Counted from the whole stretch's first letter, positions 22,852-35,566 are shown. The stretch: DNA of 63,848 nt, filler included, from Globobulimina sp. (GCA_003354225.1; 28 parts of 28 records of this genome joined end to end with filler, not necessarily neighbours in it); one strand, 5' to 3'. Program-made: numbers and translations. The notes: a model not told the origin generated them from the letters alone.

Positions 22852-25035
22852 CGAAAGTGATTATCGATCAGGACAGCGGTACCATGGAAGTGATTGTCGC
22901 GGAATACACCGTTGCCGGCTTCATTCCGGTTATTCTTGCCGCCAACATATACTTTGTTCAGATCGACTGACTTTATTGTCTGGAATTGCAAGCAAGATTA
23001 TGTACTGTTTAGATGGAATTGTGGCGGCGTGAAACGGCCGCATGACTTTAGCTTATTGCATTATGATGAAAAGGAAGCTGATATCGATACGGATGGAGGT
23101 CCGCCTGCATTGAGTCCCTGTCGAGGATGGATATTCGCGTACACAAACACTAATATTTCCAATGCGATTGCTTTGTTCCACCTCGATCTGCCATTGTCAA
23201 TACCGGTATGTTTGCTGTTTGTGTATTGTGTATGTCATTATATGTTTGTACATTGTTGGTAAAGTTGGGTAGTTTGCGCCGACCATATCATTCGAGTGAA
23301 ATTCATGCATTGCATTGGTTGTTATCACCCAACGAACTGTATGAAATATGTAAAAGTAAAACAGATGATACATTTGTTGACATTGAAGATTTTGTGTCAG
23401 AGTCAGAGACTGACAGAAAAATGGATGAGTGTAACAAACCGTTGTCAGCGTATTTTAGTAAATTAATGCTAGCTTCGTCGGGAGAGGATGGATTAATTCA
23501 AATTGTATCCATTTTAAATGGCAACACACGGATACAATCAATGTCCACTACGACTGCCGCATCCAATGTGTCATTACCGCACAGCCGCAGAAGCAGTGTG
23601 GCGAGCCGTCGAAACAGTGAATGGAGTGACAAAAGTGGCAATGTTGAGCTACGCGCCAAATTGTCCTCTCTTTCTATGGACAATGACTGGAAATATGCAA
23701 ATGCATTCGACGAAGAAATGTATCCCGAATGGATATTAAAATTTGCCCCCGAACGCTATGAACCTTTGAATGTTATAAATTTGGTTCGCGAGAACATAAT
23801 GGAACAGAATGCCGGGAGTAGATTTCCATTGAAATGTTGCGATATGGTACGCAAATCGAGCGGCGATGCGTACTTATTTTTTGCCGGCGGAGCAAAGCAA
23901 TATTTACAAGGCTATGAAGTGACTTATAATGAGAATAAACCAGAGGCAGTGGAATGGAAATCATTATGTTGTACCGGCGGGGACACATTGCGCGAGAAAC
24001 AACGCGGTAAACGGTGGAAGAAACCTGGTCAAATGATGCAGGATCGCATAAATAACATGGATTTGCGTATCAAATCTTGCGTTGTCATTCCTTCGCCAAA
24101 GTATTATGGGAAATGGTTAATTGTCACAGGAAACTCTCGCGGCACTATCCGTTGCTATACATTTGACGAAGAAAAACCGTCAGAATTCCAATTCGAAGGC
24201 GAAGATTCTGTGTTACATAAAGACCACAATGCCTCCTCACCAATTTTATCATTGTCCTCTACGTATTCATCGGAAACATGTTACCATTTCCCCAGCGTTG
24301 AAACGATGTTATTTTCACCGTTTAACCACACTCCAACAGCACCAGCACACAGTGATAAAACTGTATTGTCGCCGTTAGCATTGAATAAAGGTAACATATC
24401 ACCTTCGCCCTCGCCAAATTTTTCAGCAACGTCGCAAAACTCGCAATCGCATACATCCGTGACGCAGTCACAGAGTCGAGTCATTAGTGGCTATTTTGAG
24501 TTGCCACCACATTTAATATTCAGTGGTGCAACGGATGGATGGATCCGGATTTGGTTTTGGGACATTGACAGCCATTCCATCCAATTAGTGGGGCGACTAA
24601 TGAATCATCAGAACGGTGTGAATGCCATCTCAGCGACATGGTTAGATGTCAAATTTTTAAATAAAAAAACTGTGAAAACTTCGAGTCCAAATCCGAATGA
24701 AAGTGCGCCTGTCACTGTAAGTACGGGGGTTGACAATGGATTGCTGACGCGGAGGTTGGCGATATTGACTGGCGGCGATGATCAATCTCTGACGTTAATT
24801 ATTGCTGATTTTGAGAGTACAATGTCATTGTCGCGGGCTTCACGCAAACGAGCAAAATCGAGGACAAATGTGAGCCAATCAGCTCAACAACAAAGACAGA
24901 TACGAGCGACTGGGTGGAAATTTAAGGTGATTCGGGAAATAGCTATAAATACTGCGCATATTGCAAGTATACGGTCTGTAGCGATTACACCCATTATTAC
25001 GCCGGGCGTGGTGCAGTGTTTTGGTAGGGATAGGG
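22852..25035 (+). CDS. WDR6/Trm734-like WD40 protein (partial at both ends)
   Basis: WNCGGVKRP, YHSSEIH, SSGEDG, HQNGVNA, TGGDDQSL and AHIASI. Intron 23206-23264 joins the frames. Confidence 0.7.
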
Positions 25036-25135
25036 NNNNNNNNNNNNNNNNNNNNNNNNNNNNNNNNNNNNNNNNNNNNTTAATTAATTAANNNNNNNNN
25101 NNNNNNNNNNNNNNNNNNNNNNNNNNNNNNNNNNN

Positions 25136-25721
25136 ATGTGATCCATATTACAGTTTATTAGTAAAGTTAATAAATTATAAATTATCCTCATCCAAATCAA
25201 TTGAAACCAATACATCCTCGCTTCCACCATATATTATACATATTTTTAATCATATCTTAAAATCAGTTACTTTCATAAATATTAATGTTGGATTATTTAA
25301 AAAAGAGTTAGTTTATACAAATAATGTTCTTGGTCCCCGATATGGATATTTTAAGTTATTTTCATTATTTATGCATTCAAATAATTGGATTCGTTGCAAG
25401 GTTTTCCATAAATTGGTTCCTCAAATAAGTAAAATAGTAATTAGGTGTATTGAATATGCATCAAATAATAATTATAAATTTTCCCCATCAATATTGATAA
25501 CAGATGAAATTTTATTGGATATTTATAAGGTTTTATCATATTGGCCATTGAAAAGAGGTATTTATATTGATTCACCATTAAATAGTTTATCATCATTAAG
25601 ATTATTAATAAATAAATACAATGATACATTTTTAAAATGTGGATATAAATTACAAATTGGAAAAGAGAATCATGTTCAATATGGAAGTTATGATACATTT
25701 GAGATAGTGAAAAAAGAATGA
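25136..25721 (+). CDS. Hypothetical protein, C-terminal fragment
   Basis: AT-rich ORF 25371-25721 that probably extends upstream toward the contig edge; no recognised motif. Confidence 0.3.
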
Positions 25722-25798
25722 TTTTTGTTATTTATGCATTCTAAAGATATGAAAGTGCATTATCCCTCGATATAGCGTTCAATCTGTTTTTTTTTGTG

Positions 25799-25876
25799 TT
25801 GGCTATGTTTTCTGTTCGTTTACTTATTTAAAATATTAGCGATGTTGGCTATGTTTTCTGTTGGCTATGTTTTTTG
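25799..25876. repeat. Three copies of TTGGCTATGTTTT(CTGTT) in intergenic DNA
   Basis: Direct repeats starting near 25799, 25844 and 25861. Confidence 0.55.
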
Positions 25877-25964
25877 TATAAAAGCGATGGTAAACATATT
25901 TGACGTTATAATTAAAATATTAATAGTACCTAGTGTAGTGTTTTTGAGTACCTAGTACTAGAGA

Positions 25965-26834
25965 ATGAGCATTTGTTTGACAAAACTAGATGATTTAATT
26001 GCGATCGTTAGTGAATATAAAGGGTCTGATGGCATTAATTGGGACAATCATGAAATATATTTGTTTAAACAGGAGTCAGTGGAATATACAAAAGTATTTA
26101 ATAAAATGGCAACATTCTTTGTGCCTGTCTTTGAGTTTGAGTACATTACAAATGAGTTATCATCGATAATCAACAATATTTCAGCAATATCCTCGTTTTC
26201 AGGTCTGGTGATAACAAGTCCGCGGAGTGTGTATGCACTCAATAAAGTATTAACAAATAAATTAGCAATCCCAATCTATACATTTGGCAACAAAACACCC
26301 AAACTCATTCATACATTATTGCCACACTCTGAATGTATTGTATTTGCTGCGAATGACTCTCATTCAATGGCATTATTATTGATTCCTTATTTGAATGACA
26401 AATATGAAAAGAAGCAATTGCAAATTCCGCCATTATTAATATTATTTGGTGAGAGACATCGAAGTGAATTGACAAAGCAATTGGAAAAACACAAAATAAA
26501 ATACCAAGAAAGCATTGTGTATAAAACTGTGAATTTGCAGCAACTCTCTCATCTCAATGACATGGATTATATCAAGAAAAGATGTTTCTGGGTATTTTTC
26601 AGCCCGAATGGGGTGGACGTTGTGATGCAATATTTGAGAAATAAGCAATTTAATATCAATGAAATCAAAGAATACATAAAATGTGGTTGTTTGGGCAAGA
26701 CCACAGCCAATAAATTGCGACAAATGGAATGGAATGCATCATTCATTGCAAATAAACCAAATGCGCAGTCTCTGTATAATGTATGGTACAATCAAATCGT
26801 GCGCGCGCCAGAAATAAACAATATTTTGCTCTGA
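25965..26834 (+). CDS. UROS: Uroporphyrinogen-III synthase
   Basis: GLVITSPRSV, VYKT, WVFFSPNGV, CLGKTTA and KPNAQSL (HemD/UROS motifs). Confidence 0.85.
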   Translation: MSICLTKLDDLIAIVSEYKGSDGINWDNHEIYLFKQESVEYTKVFNKMATFFVPVFEFEYITNELSSIINNISAISSFSGLVITSPRSVYALNKVLTNKLAIPIYTFGNKTPKLIHTLLPHSECIVFAANDSHSMALLLIPYLNDKYEKKQLQIPPLLILFGERHRSELTKQLEKHKIKYQESIVYKTVNLQQLSHLNDMDYIKKRCFWVFFSPNGVDVVMQYLRNKQFNINEIKEYIKCGCLGKTTANKLRQMEWNASFIANKPNAQSLYNVWYNQIVRAPEINNILL

Positions 26835-27419
26835 TTTTGAATACGTTTAAAAACTAAAAATTAAATAAATGCAGGACCAGTTCAAATAAATGACATTATG
26901 ATTGTGTCTTTGTTGTTGTTGTGAATATTTGTGGCGTTGCTAGGATTAAAAATAGCATTTGTACTTGTCTGAATATATAATATCGGACAGATGGTTAGCA
27001 CATAGTACAAATATTTCTGGAAACTATCGCTTGGGGCAAACATTTTTCGAATTATTCAGTTCTAATACGACTGACTTACTGTATCAATTTTATTCCATAA
27101 AAAGAAATTTTCTGGTTTCTAAAAACAGTTTTTTAAGCTTAGTTCAACTTTGCAGAAAACCTTTGAAAATCAAACAGCATCCTCCCTTGACCAACAAAAA
27201 AAGTATTCATTAAATTTGTGTGAAATGGGTAATACGAACAGTAAAAACGCGGATAGTAATTTAAAGTGGTTGAAAGCATACGATTTTTTTTTATCGACTG
27301 GCTATGAAATATCATTTGANNNNNNNNNNNNNNNNNNNNNNNNNNNNNNNNNNNNNNNNNNNNTTAATTAATTAANNNNNNNNNNNNNNNNNNNNNNNNN
27401 NNNNNNNNNNNNNNNNNNN

Positions 27420-27818
27420 AAGAAAATTAAATTAAAACGTTTATCCAAACCATCATCAGTATTATCAAAAAATGAAAAAACAAATATTGAATTTTTAACA
27501 TCACAATCAAAGGATTATAAATTGGAAAAAATGGAAACAGAAATATTCAACAAACATAACACAAAACAGATTGAAAGACAGCAACAAGAAAAAGACAGAT
27601 TGGAACTGGCAAAGCAAAGCATTGCCGAAAAGGAACAACAAAACAAAATTAGAACTAAATTGAGTGCATTGTCATCTTCAGTCAAGAATCGAGATCATAA
27701 GAATCCAAACAGGAAAACTGTGAAAGAAAAAGAAAAAGCTAAAAGAAAGAAAGGACAGTCATCTCATCATTCGTGGAAATCGGAAACATTTATGTTGTTA
27801 CGACAACAGTTTGATTGA
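27420..27818 (+). CDS. Basic coiled-coil protein, C-terminal fragment
   Basis: Open frame ending KEKAKRKKGQSSHHSWKSETFMLLRQQFD*. Confidence 0.45.
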   Translation, partial: KKIKLKRLSKPSSVLSKNEKTNIEFLTSQSKDYKLEKMETEIFNKHNTKQIERQQQEKDRLELAKQSIAEKEQQNKIRTKLSALSSSVKNRDHKNPNRKTVKEKEKAKRKKGQSSHHSWKSETFMLLRQQFD

Positions 27819-27923
27819 AAAATGTAAGCTTGTAACTTGTGTTTAATTTAGTTATCAATAATCATGTTGACTTTGGCAACTTTGTTGATTATGCAGATAC
27901 TATACAGTTAAGATGAGTCGTAA

Positions 27924-28910
27924 TTGCACATTCCACAGATTTATATTGACTGTAAACAACATATTTCAGTTCCTGGTGATTCAGTATGCCATTATGTTGA
28001 GAATGATATATGTTCTGATCCCTGTGAGGATGTACATAATTCATTGAATATATCATTGCAACAAAGAACATATTACACAATCACAAATGAAACAAATTAT
28101 ACATACACATTATCGACAAAGCGTTGCCTTAATATGTTATCCTCCATGTTTTGGATTGATATATGGCTCTCCGATTGTTGTAGGGACCATGGATGGCAAT
28201 ACGCGATCAATACAGACCGATTTACAATTAATGTAAAAGGCGACATATCCGCAATTGCAAGCGGTTCATATCGGATATATAATGGTACAAATTGCATCTA
28301 TAAATCGCAAGTATTGACTGTGCCAAACCTATGTCTAATAACTGAGCAATCTGAATTGAAATGTGGATCATTGTTGGAAATGGTAACCAATTCTGGACAG
28401 AATATGAAATATTTCATGATAAGTATTGCTTCCATATTTGTTACATTTATGATATTGATAATTATCATCATTTATAAACACCGCAAAGTAAAGAAATTAC
28501 AGCAACAGATTGAAAGTTATTATTCTGAGTTTCGAACACAAAAAAATTCTTCAATGAGATCTGAACATTGCCCGTCTGCGGCGGTAGGCGGCAGTGAGTA
28601 TAATGGCACACAGCCACACAATAATGGCTATAATCGATATTCTTTGACCGCGAATCGAATAAACAGTGTCAAATCTGCTGTGCGTGCTTATAGTTGTAAT
28701 AAGCAACAAAATGATGAATGCACTGTGTCACATTCTGGAGAGAAACAGCCTGAAATGCAATTTTTAAAAGAAAATAATAACTTGGAAACGGAATCAAATT
28801 CAACTGAATTGGCAAGAATAAATAATGAGAAAAATTACAGACTAAATACTAATGTCACATCATTTGTAGATGGAAATAATAAAATGTATCGGCATCGCGC
28901 ATTTTTGTAA
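27924..28910 (+). CDS. Single-pass membrane protein with Cys-rich ectodomain (start uncertain)
   Basis: Cys-rich N-terminal half, TM segment YFMISIASIFVTFMILIIIIIY, then KHRK stop-transfer. Confidence 0.5.
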   Translation: MHIPQIYIDCKQHISVPGDSVCHYVENDICSDPCEDVHNSLNISLQQRTYYTITNETNYTYTLSTKRCLNMLSSMFWIDIWLSDCCRDHGWQYAINTDRFTINVKGDISAIASGSYRIYNGTNCIYKSQVLTVPNLCLITEQSELKCGSLLEMVTNSGQNMKYFMISIASIFVTFMILIIIIIYKHRKVKKLQQQIESYYSEFRTQKNSSMRSEHCPSAAVGGSEYNGTQPHNNGYNRYSLTANRINSVKSAVRAYSCNKQQNDECTVSHSGEKQPEMQFLKENNNLETESNSTELARINNEKNYRLNTNVTSFVDGNNKMYRHRAFL

Positions 28911-29331
28911 TTTTTGTAAATCATATTTTTTCTTTTAATTTCTTTTATTTAATGATCTTTCACAAATAGATTTCTGCAAAACTATGCTTTAGCATATTTT
29001 CACGATTTCCCGTTACTATTAATAAGTATTTGCTACAATGGGCAATGCTTTGCAAACTGTCCAACGGTATGATAAATCACCATCGTCATGCAGGCATATC
29101 GTCAATTGTTATGTTCAGGATTTAAAACAATCGCTGCTCAATGAACATGAAGAGCCATTTCAAGTATTTACAAACATATCCATCTCAATCTATGATATTA
29201 TTATTGGATATGTCATACACAATGATCTATTTAAATGGAAAAATCATCCAATACTCACATTCAATCACAACAGAACGTCAATAGCCAATAATAGCTACAA
29301 CAACAAGCATTTGGTTCATATATAGTTCATT

Positions 29332-29603
29332 GTGACGATAAAGAGAACATTGGTAAAACTTTTAAAAAATCAAACCGGAGTTGTAATAAAAAATGACGGA
29401 CATATAAAATTAATGGAATTGATGGACCACAGCAATATGGATATACAGCATACCTGCATTGAGGCGCTAGGTAACATCGCCGGCGATTGCCTGGAATACA
29501 GAGACAAATTATTATCCTGCAACATTCTGCAATATTTATTGCCCCGCTGTTCGCCACTCGAAAATATAAAAATATTACGCTCCACGACATGGACTCTCTG
29601 TGG
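29332..29603 (+). CDS. Importin-alpha-like armadillo repeat fragment
   Basis: ALGNIAGDCLEYRD and ILRSTTWTL. Relationship to upstream ORF 29038-29325 is unclear. Confidence 0.65.
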
Positions 29604-30162
29604 NNNNNNNNNNNNNNNNNNNNNNNNNNNNNNNNNNNNNNNNNNNNTTAATTAATTAANNNNNNNNNNNNNNNNNNNNNNNNNNNNNNNNNNNNNNNNN
29701 NNNGAAAAATCAAGATCTCAATTGCAGTTACAAGCATTATCAGATGATTTAAAAAAAGTTGAAGCTGATGTTGCAAGTCTCATTTCAAATACCGTTGTCT
29801 TGAAAAATGAATTGGAACAAATTGCGTTACGGCCAGAATTAAGCACTATTGGCGATTATATTGATCAGTTAATTGAAAATGAGCTATATTCACGAAATAA
29901 AGATCAAAAAAAAATTAAAATGCTTAAAAAATTGAAACTTCAAGAACAAATTGTTTCAAAATTGCCAAAAACTAATGTTAATCCCACATTATCTGCCATT
30001 AATATTTTAAACCATTAATTGTTCTCAATTATAATCTGATTTATTTGCCTCTACATATATGGTTGGATAGCATACTAATGTTTATTCGATCTGCTTTTGA
30101 TGAAACGATCTGATGATTTTACAAAACCATTCTTTGAAAACTCTTGCTTCTTTAAATCTTGA

Positions 30163-31887
30163 ATGATGTTTGTATTATTGTTATTCTGTTCAATTCCCAT
30201 CCAAATTATTTCTGGGTTTCATCATGTAAACGCAGACTCTGTTGAGCAATGGGACAGATTTGAGATTTCGTCAACAGGCCCATCAGATGGAAATCCTTTC
30301 GTTGATAATGAATTTCAAGCAACTTTTACATTCAATGGAAATGGTGACAATGACCCATTTGTTGTCAATGGCTTTTATGATGGCAATGGTGTTTATAAAG
30401 TCCGATTCATGCCAAATCAAATTGGTTCCTGGTCATATACCACCAAAAGTAACGTCCAATCAATGGATGGAAAAACCGGAACATTTTCAGCAATAACTCC
30501 GTCATCGAATAACCATGGTCCTGCTTTTGTAAATTCTAAAACCAATCGATCATTTATATTTGCATCTGGTGAGCCATACTTCCAATCAGGCACAACAACC
30601 TATGCCTGGATGCACCAATACCTTAACATTGTCAATAATACTATACAAACATTTAAATATGTCGCAGAGAATAATATATTCAATAAAGTCCGCATGACAG
30701 TATTCCCAAAATGGTATTCTTATTCGCATCAAGAACCAATATTTTATCCATATGTTGGCACTCCACCAAACCGATGGGGTAATTTTGATTATTTTAACGT
30801 CTCATTCTGGCAACATTTAGATTATTGTTTAGACTCTGTGTTAGATATTGAGCGGTCAACAGGGAAACAGTTAGTTGCTGATTTAATTATTTTTCATCCA
30901 TACGGTATGCTATATTTATGTAACATATATACTTTGTACCGTGTTATACTTTGCACGTTGCGCATATATCATAGATGGTGGTCATTGGGGATTTGACTGT
31001 CTAGGTTTGTATTTCTATCATTTGTTAGATGATTCTGACTAAAACTGTTTAGGATGTCCATATCCAACATATGGAGCCTGTTCTCAACAACCAAATGCCT
31101 ATAATACGAGTAATGATGTATTGTATTTAAAATATTTGGTTGCTCGCGTGGCATCGTACAGGAATGTGTGGTGGAGCATGGCCAATGAATTCGATGGCGT
31201 CAAATGTAAAAGCAAAGATATACCAAATGCATTCCCAGTATGGGACACATTCTTTGAAGCGGTGGTGCAATATGACCCATATAGGAACCCTCAGAAAGAA
31301 AAATCTATTCATAATGAAAGGGTGATGTATAACTACTCACAGCCATGGACAACGCATTTCAGTGTGCAAGGTTATTGGCAAAATACTTACGAATATTTTA
31401 ACGATGAATACCAAGTATCAAAGCCTGTGATATTGGATGAAGTTCACTATGAAGGCAATATCAGTGCTGGGTGGTGTCAATTAGATGGAGCTGCACAAAC
31501 TGACAGATTTTGGCAAGCACAAACCGACGGTATTTATTGCGGTCATTCTGAATGTATTTTGCCGGATAAAAATGACAATAAAAATGGTACGGTTGTGTTG
31601 TGGTGGAATTTTGGTAATGTATTAAGAGGTGAATCATATAAAAGAATTGGATGGTTTAATAACTATATGACAAATACCAGTGCGCATCCACGGTTTGATG
31701 AGTTGAAAGATAAGTGTTTGGTGACCACATCGCCGGGTGTTACATGTGAAGTATCTCAATTGTATGCGAGTCAAATATATTATTTAGTACATTGGACACA
31801 ATTGCAATCCGGATATAATATGGATGTTTCAATTGATGTGGGAAATGAGGATAGCTATGCATTGAGTATTGTTGATTATTATAATCA
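30163..31887 (+). CDS. Secreted DUF5060/DUF4038 (apiosidase-like TIM barrel) putative glycoside hydrolase, 2 introns, 3' truncated
   Basis: Signal peptide; GFYDGNGVYKVRFMP, GTTTYAW, FNKVRM, IFHPY|DGGHWGFD, WWSMANEFD and DEVHYEGN. Introns 30905-30974 and 31005-31052 restore the frame around a 30-nt exon. Confidence 0.85.
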
Positions 31888-32034
31888 NNNNNNNNNNNNN
31901 NNNNNNNNNNNNNNNNNNNNNNNNNNNNNNNTTAATTAATTAANNNNNNNNNNNNNNNNNNNNNNNNNNNNNNNNNNNNNNNNNNNNAAGAACCATTCAT
32001 CCGACGTAGTTAAAGTAAGTTTTTGAGCACGCAT

Positions 32035-32096
32035 AATGTTTACCTTATTTGTTGATGCTGAATCTATTATAATACGCTTATGCAACTAATGTACAA
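32035..32096 (-). promoter_or_regulatory. Possible sigma70-like promoter and Shine-Dalgarno for a truncated gene starting at 32034
   Basis: Minus strand TTGTAC-N19-TATAAT (spacer longer than ideal), then TAAGGT shortly before ATG CGT GCT CAA. Confidence 0.4.
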
Positions 32097-32137
32097 CATT
32101 TAATGAATATTAATTATGTTTTTATGTAATTAATAAA

Positions 32138-32158
32138 ATAAAAGGCCCGAAGGCCGAT
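32138..32158 (-). terminator. Putative intrinsic terminator after the primase gene
   Basis: Minus strand GGCC-TTCG-GGCC hairpin followed by TTTTATTTT, just downstream of the stop at 32164. Confidence 0.65.
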
Positions 32159-32163
32159 TAAAT

Positions 32164-34171
32164 TTACAAATCATCTTCATCCAAATCATCGTCAAAGTCG
32201 TCAAGACCGATATTCTTTCTGAGTATCATCTTACGAACTATCCGTTGATGACCACCGCCTTCAGTCACTGTATAACCTAACGCAAGTATGTTGTTTTTAA
32301 AGGTACCTTTGCTAGGAGTGTTACTGGCAAGACCTTGGTCATTGTGCCATAAGTCAAATGCATTATATAAGTCTTTAAAGGTTATATAAACATTCTCTGC
32401 TGTACTGACATCGCAACAGTCTCTTATGAATCCTGTAACTGAGTTAGCCTCATCTAACCATAACTTCTCAGCTGTAGTACAGTCTACTGGTTTGTCAAAG
32501 CAGGCTCTAACTCTAAGACGCCGCAAGGCATCAAGCGCTTTGTTCAATACACCGGGTAAGTCGTGTTTCATTATACGCGGTGCAAGTGAACGGTCAACTT
32601 CATGAACTTCAAATTGTCTATCAAATGGAATGACATTTGCACGTCGTCTTGTACCGTTTGAAATGTCCTTTGCTTTAGGGAAGTAATTGGTCAATAAAAC
32701 AGGACTTGCACAGGACACAAAGTTGAAGGCTTTTTTACCTTTGGGATTAGCTTGAAGTAACTTTCGTTCTGATACCTTTTTTAATAATGAGTCAGGAAGC
32801 ACTGTGTGTGTATCTAAATCATCGTCTAGTATCATTAGTTTACCAGGTAATTCTGCAATAGCGTGATTGTTTCGCTTGGTATCTAAATCATGGATACCTG
32901 TTGCAAGAACAGATTGAGGTCCCATTAAGCCTGACATTACCTCAAGTAACATCGATTTACCGTTTGAACCAAAGCCTTTCATCATCCACCAAGAAGCAAT
33001 GTTTTTATTAGGTTGAATAGTATAACCCATAAATTCTTCAAAGTGTCTGACCATACCTAAAGTGTCTTCTGCATTTTCAAATATCTGCTCAATTGCATCA
33101 TCCCATAGAGGACACTCTGCAAACTCATCATATTCAACTTCAAGGCAGTAGGTGCAGTAAGACTTGTATGTGTGAGGGCGTAGTTTGAATCTTCCGTCAT
33201 TACTTAATACGATTTCCGTATTTTGACAGTTGATAATGGCTTTAGGTGGTTTACTAAATCCAAATACATCGTCATGAACCGCACGAGTGTGTTTCAATAT
33301 TTGTAAACACTGGTTGACAACAACTGTTGTGGTTATCGCAATGCCTATCTTATCGCGTATTTTTTGCCACAATGTTATTATTATACCTCCTATCCATTCC
33401 TGTCTGGTAGGTTCCCAGAACTCGCCATTGTACATCCAGAAGTTATCATCTATATTATAAATGAGATATCGTCCTTTTTCAAACTTCTCATTCAATACAT
33501 AACCTGCTAATATCTCCCCTATGTCCTTCAGAGCACTGTCGTCTATATCCTTCATGATAACCTTAAGCTCGCTCTTAGTATAGCCAGTGGTCTTCTGAAT
33601 GATTTTAAGGCAACGCATTTTAACAATAGCGTCAGAACGCATGGCTGCGTAAAGAGCTTCGCGTAAATCGTCATCAAGTGGACGGTCACACAAGTCTTCT
33701 GCTAATGAAACTGCATCAACAACAGACAGCAAACTTGCAAGCTGAGCAGCTGCTGCCTCTGAGTCAAGAATGATTTGTTCATCTTCATTGTCGAAGTCAC
33801 CGAAGTCCAATTTGGCTTCATATGACTTAACATTAACGCCACATTGTTTTGCGTGGTGAAGTAATGTTCTATGGGTTGCTAAACCTGAGTTTTCAGTATT
33901 AAGACTTTCCCAACGATAACGAATCTCAGGACCGTCATTGACGTATGCAATATCAGATGTAGACCAATCAAGAAATTCTTCAATTCCTTTACCGTCTGTC
34001 GCATAATGAACTGAAGTTAATACTTCAAACCATTTGTCATTGTTATCAAAGTTTGTTATAGGCATTTGTGCAAGTATTTCTTCAATTTCTGCACAGCTCA
34101 TTAAACCTGATGAAACATCTGTAGACGCAGCAGGCCTCTCAATAATCCTTAATAAGGACATAGGACAATGA
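32164..34171 (-). CDS. Phage/plasmid P4/D5-family primase-helicase (PriCT-2 + D5_N + SF3 helicase), 5' truncated
   Basis: WFEVLTSVH..FLDWS..RWESL (PriCT-2), INCQN, CPLWD, Walker A GFGSNGKS, ILDDD and RRRANVIPF. Intronless, with prokaryotic signals nearby. Confidence 0.9.
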
Positions 34172-34456
34172 NNNNNNNNNNNNNNNNNNNNNNNNNNNNN
34201 NNNNNNNNNNNNNNNTTAATTAATTAANNNNNNNNNNNNNNNNNNNNNNNNNNNNNNNNNNNNNNNNNNNNAAAGCAAAATTTATAATTTTTTCAGAATA
34301 TGTTTGATACCTTAATAATTTTGGATTGTTTACAATTGTAGTAAATAATGTACTTGGTCTTATATATGATTCTGGTTTTGGTTCAATTACAGTATAAACA
34401 GGTACTCTAAAGAAATATTCAGTTGAAAAATTCAAATTAATTCTCGGTTTAATATA

Positions 34457-34555
34457 TTGAAAACCAATTACAAAACATTGGTTCTGAAAGCAGATGGTAA
34501 TGTACCGCATCAATTTATCGTAACAATACTTGATATTGCTAAACAAGCAAAGTTA
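34457..34555 (+). CDS. ExbD/TolR-like bacterial fragment
   Basis: TLVLKADGNVPHQFIVTILDIAKQAKL resembles the ExbD C-terminal motif. Confidence 0.5.
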
Positions 34556-34639
34556 GCATCAGATGATGTGATAAGATTTGTGAAATGTGTGACAGAATTA
34601 AGGGATGGGAAATATTTGCAAGAGACATATGTGTCTGTG

Positions 34640-35479
34640 TCATATGCAAACCGTATTATATTTATAACGGATGCAATACCGAACGCAAGTAATAGTAAAG
34701 AGTCATTGTTAGGAATGGTTTCTGCGAATGCGTCGACTCAACAAAATAAAGCGTGTCAGCTACATACGACATTTATCGGTGTCGGGATTGATTTTAATAC
34801 GGAATTAGTTGAGGATATTATTAAAGTCGAAGGAGGAAATTATTATTCTGTTCATTCGAATGAAGAGTTTTTAAAAACTATGAATGAGGAATTTAAATTT
34901 ATGGTCACGCCGTTAGTATTTAATTTTATTTTAACTTTAATGGCAGAGGGCAACCAATGTTGCATTGATACAGTGTTTGGTTCGGGCGATGACGAAAAGG
35001 CAATTTTGGAGAATGGTGAGGTGATGAATGTGAAATCAATGTTTCCCTCGCAACACGACGCAAATAATCAAGTGAAGGGCGGTGTGGTTGTTTTGAAATT
35101 AAAAAATTATGTAAATGGTAAACAAAATGCAAGTTATAATATGGAAATAAAATCAAAATATAAAGATGTTGACGGAAAAGATTATGTTTTGGAGAATAAT
35201 ATATTGTTTGGAGGTGGTGAAGAAAATTTAAATATAAAAAAAAATGAGCAATATTTTGATAATTCTGGAATACGAAAATCGATATTATTAATTAGATATG
35301 TTCAAATATTAAAATTGTGGATGAATTATCAAAATAGGCAAGCAAATAAAAATCAAGTGACACAAGAATATAAAGATATATTCAAACAATTTATTCAATA
35401 TTTTCAAAGTGAAATGGAATTAATTGGTGATAATGCATTGAAAAAAGAATTAAAAATATTAAATCAAATAATTTTGTAA
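34640..35479 (+). CDS. von Willebrand factor A domain protein, C-terminal part
   Basis: NRIIFITDAIPN, TTFIGVGIDFN, GGNYYSV, FMVTPLVFN and GIRKSILL. The vWA N-terminal half (MIDAS) is absent. Confidence 0.7.
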   Translation, partial: SYANRIIFITDAIPNASNSKESLLGMVSANASTQQNKACQLHTTFIGVGIDFNTELVEDIIKVEGGNYYSVHSNEEFLKTMNEEFKFMVTPLVFNFILTLMAEGNQCCIDTVFGSGDDEKAILENGEVMNVKSMFPSQHDANNQVKGGVVVLKLKNYVNGKQNASYNMEIKSKYKDVDGKDYVLENNILFGGGEENLNIKKNEQYFDNSGIRKSILLIRYVQILKLWMNYQNRQANKNQVTQEYKDIFKQFIQYFQSEMELIGDNALKKELKILNQIIL

Positions 35480-35566
35480 ACTATTACTTTTATTTCTTAC
35501 TACTAAAAAGTTTTTTTACGTAACTTTATATATTAACAGTCATTATTAACACTGGACACTTGCAAT

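Noticed and set aside
32164-34171. Primase-helicase as the replication gene of the contig-1 Polinton-like element
   Set aside because: Separate contig, intronless, with a bacterial terminator and SD; no linking evidence.
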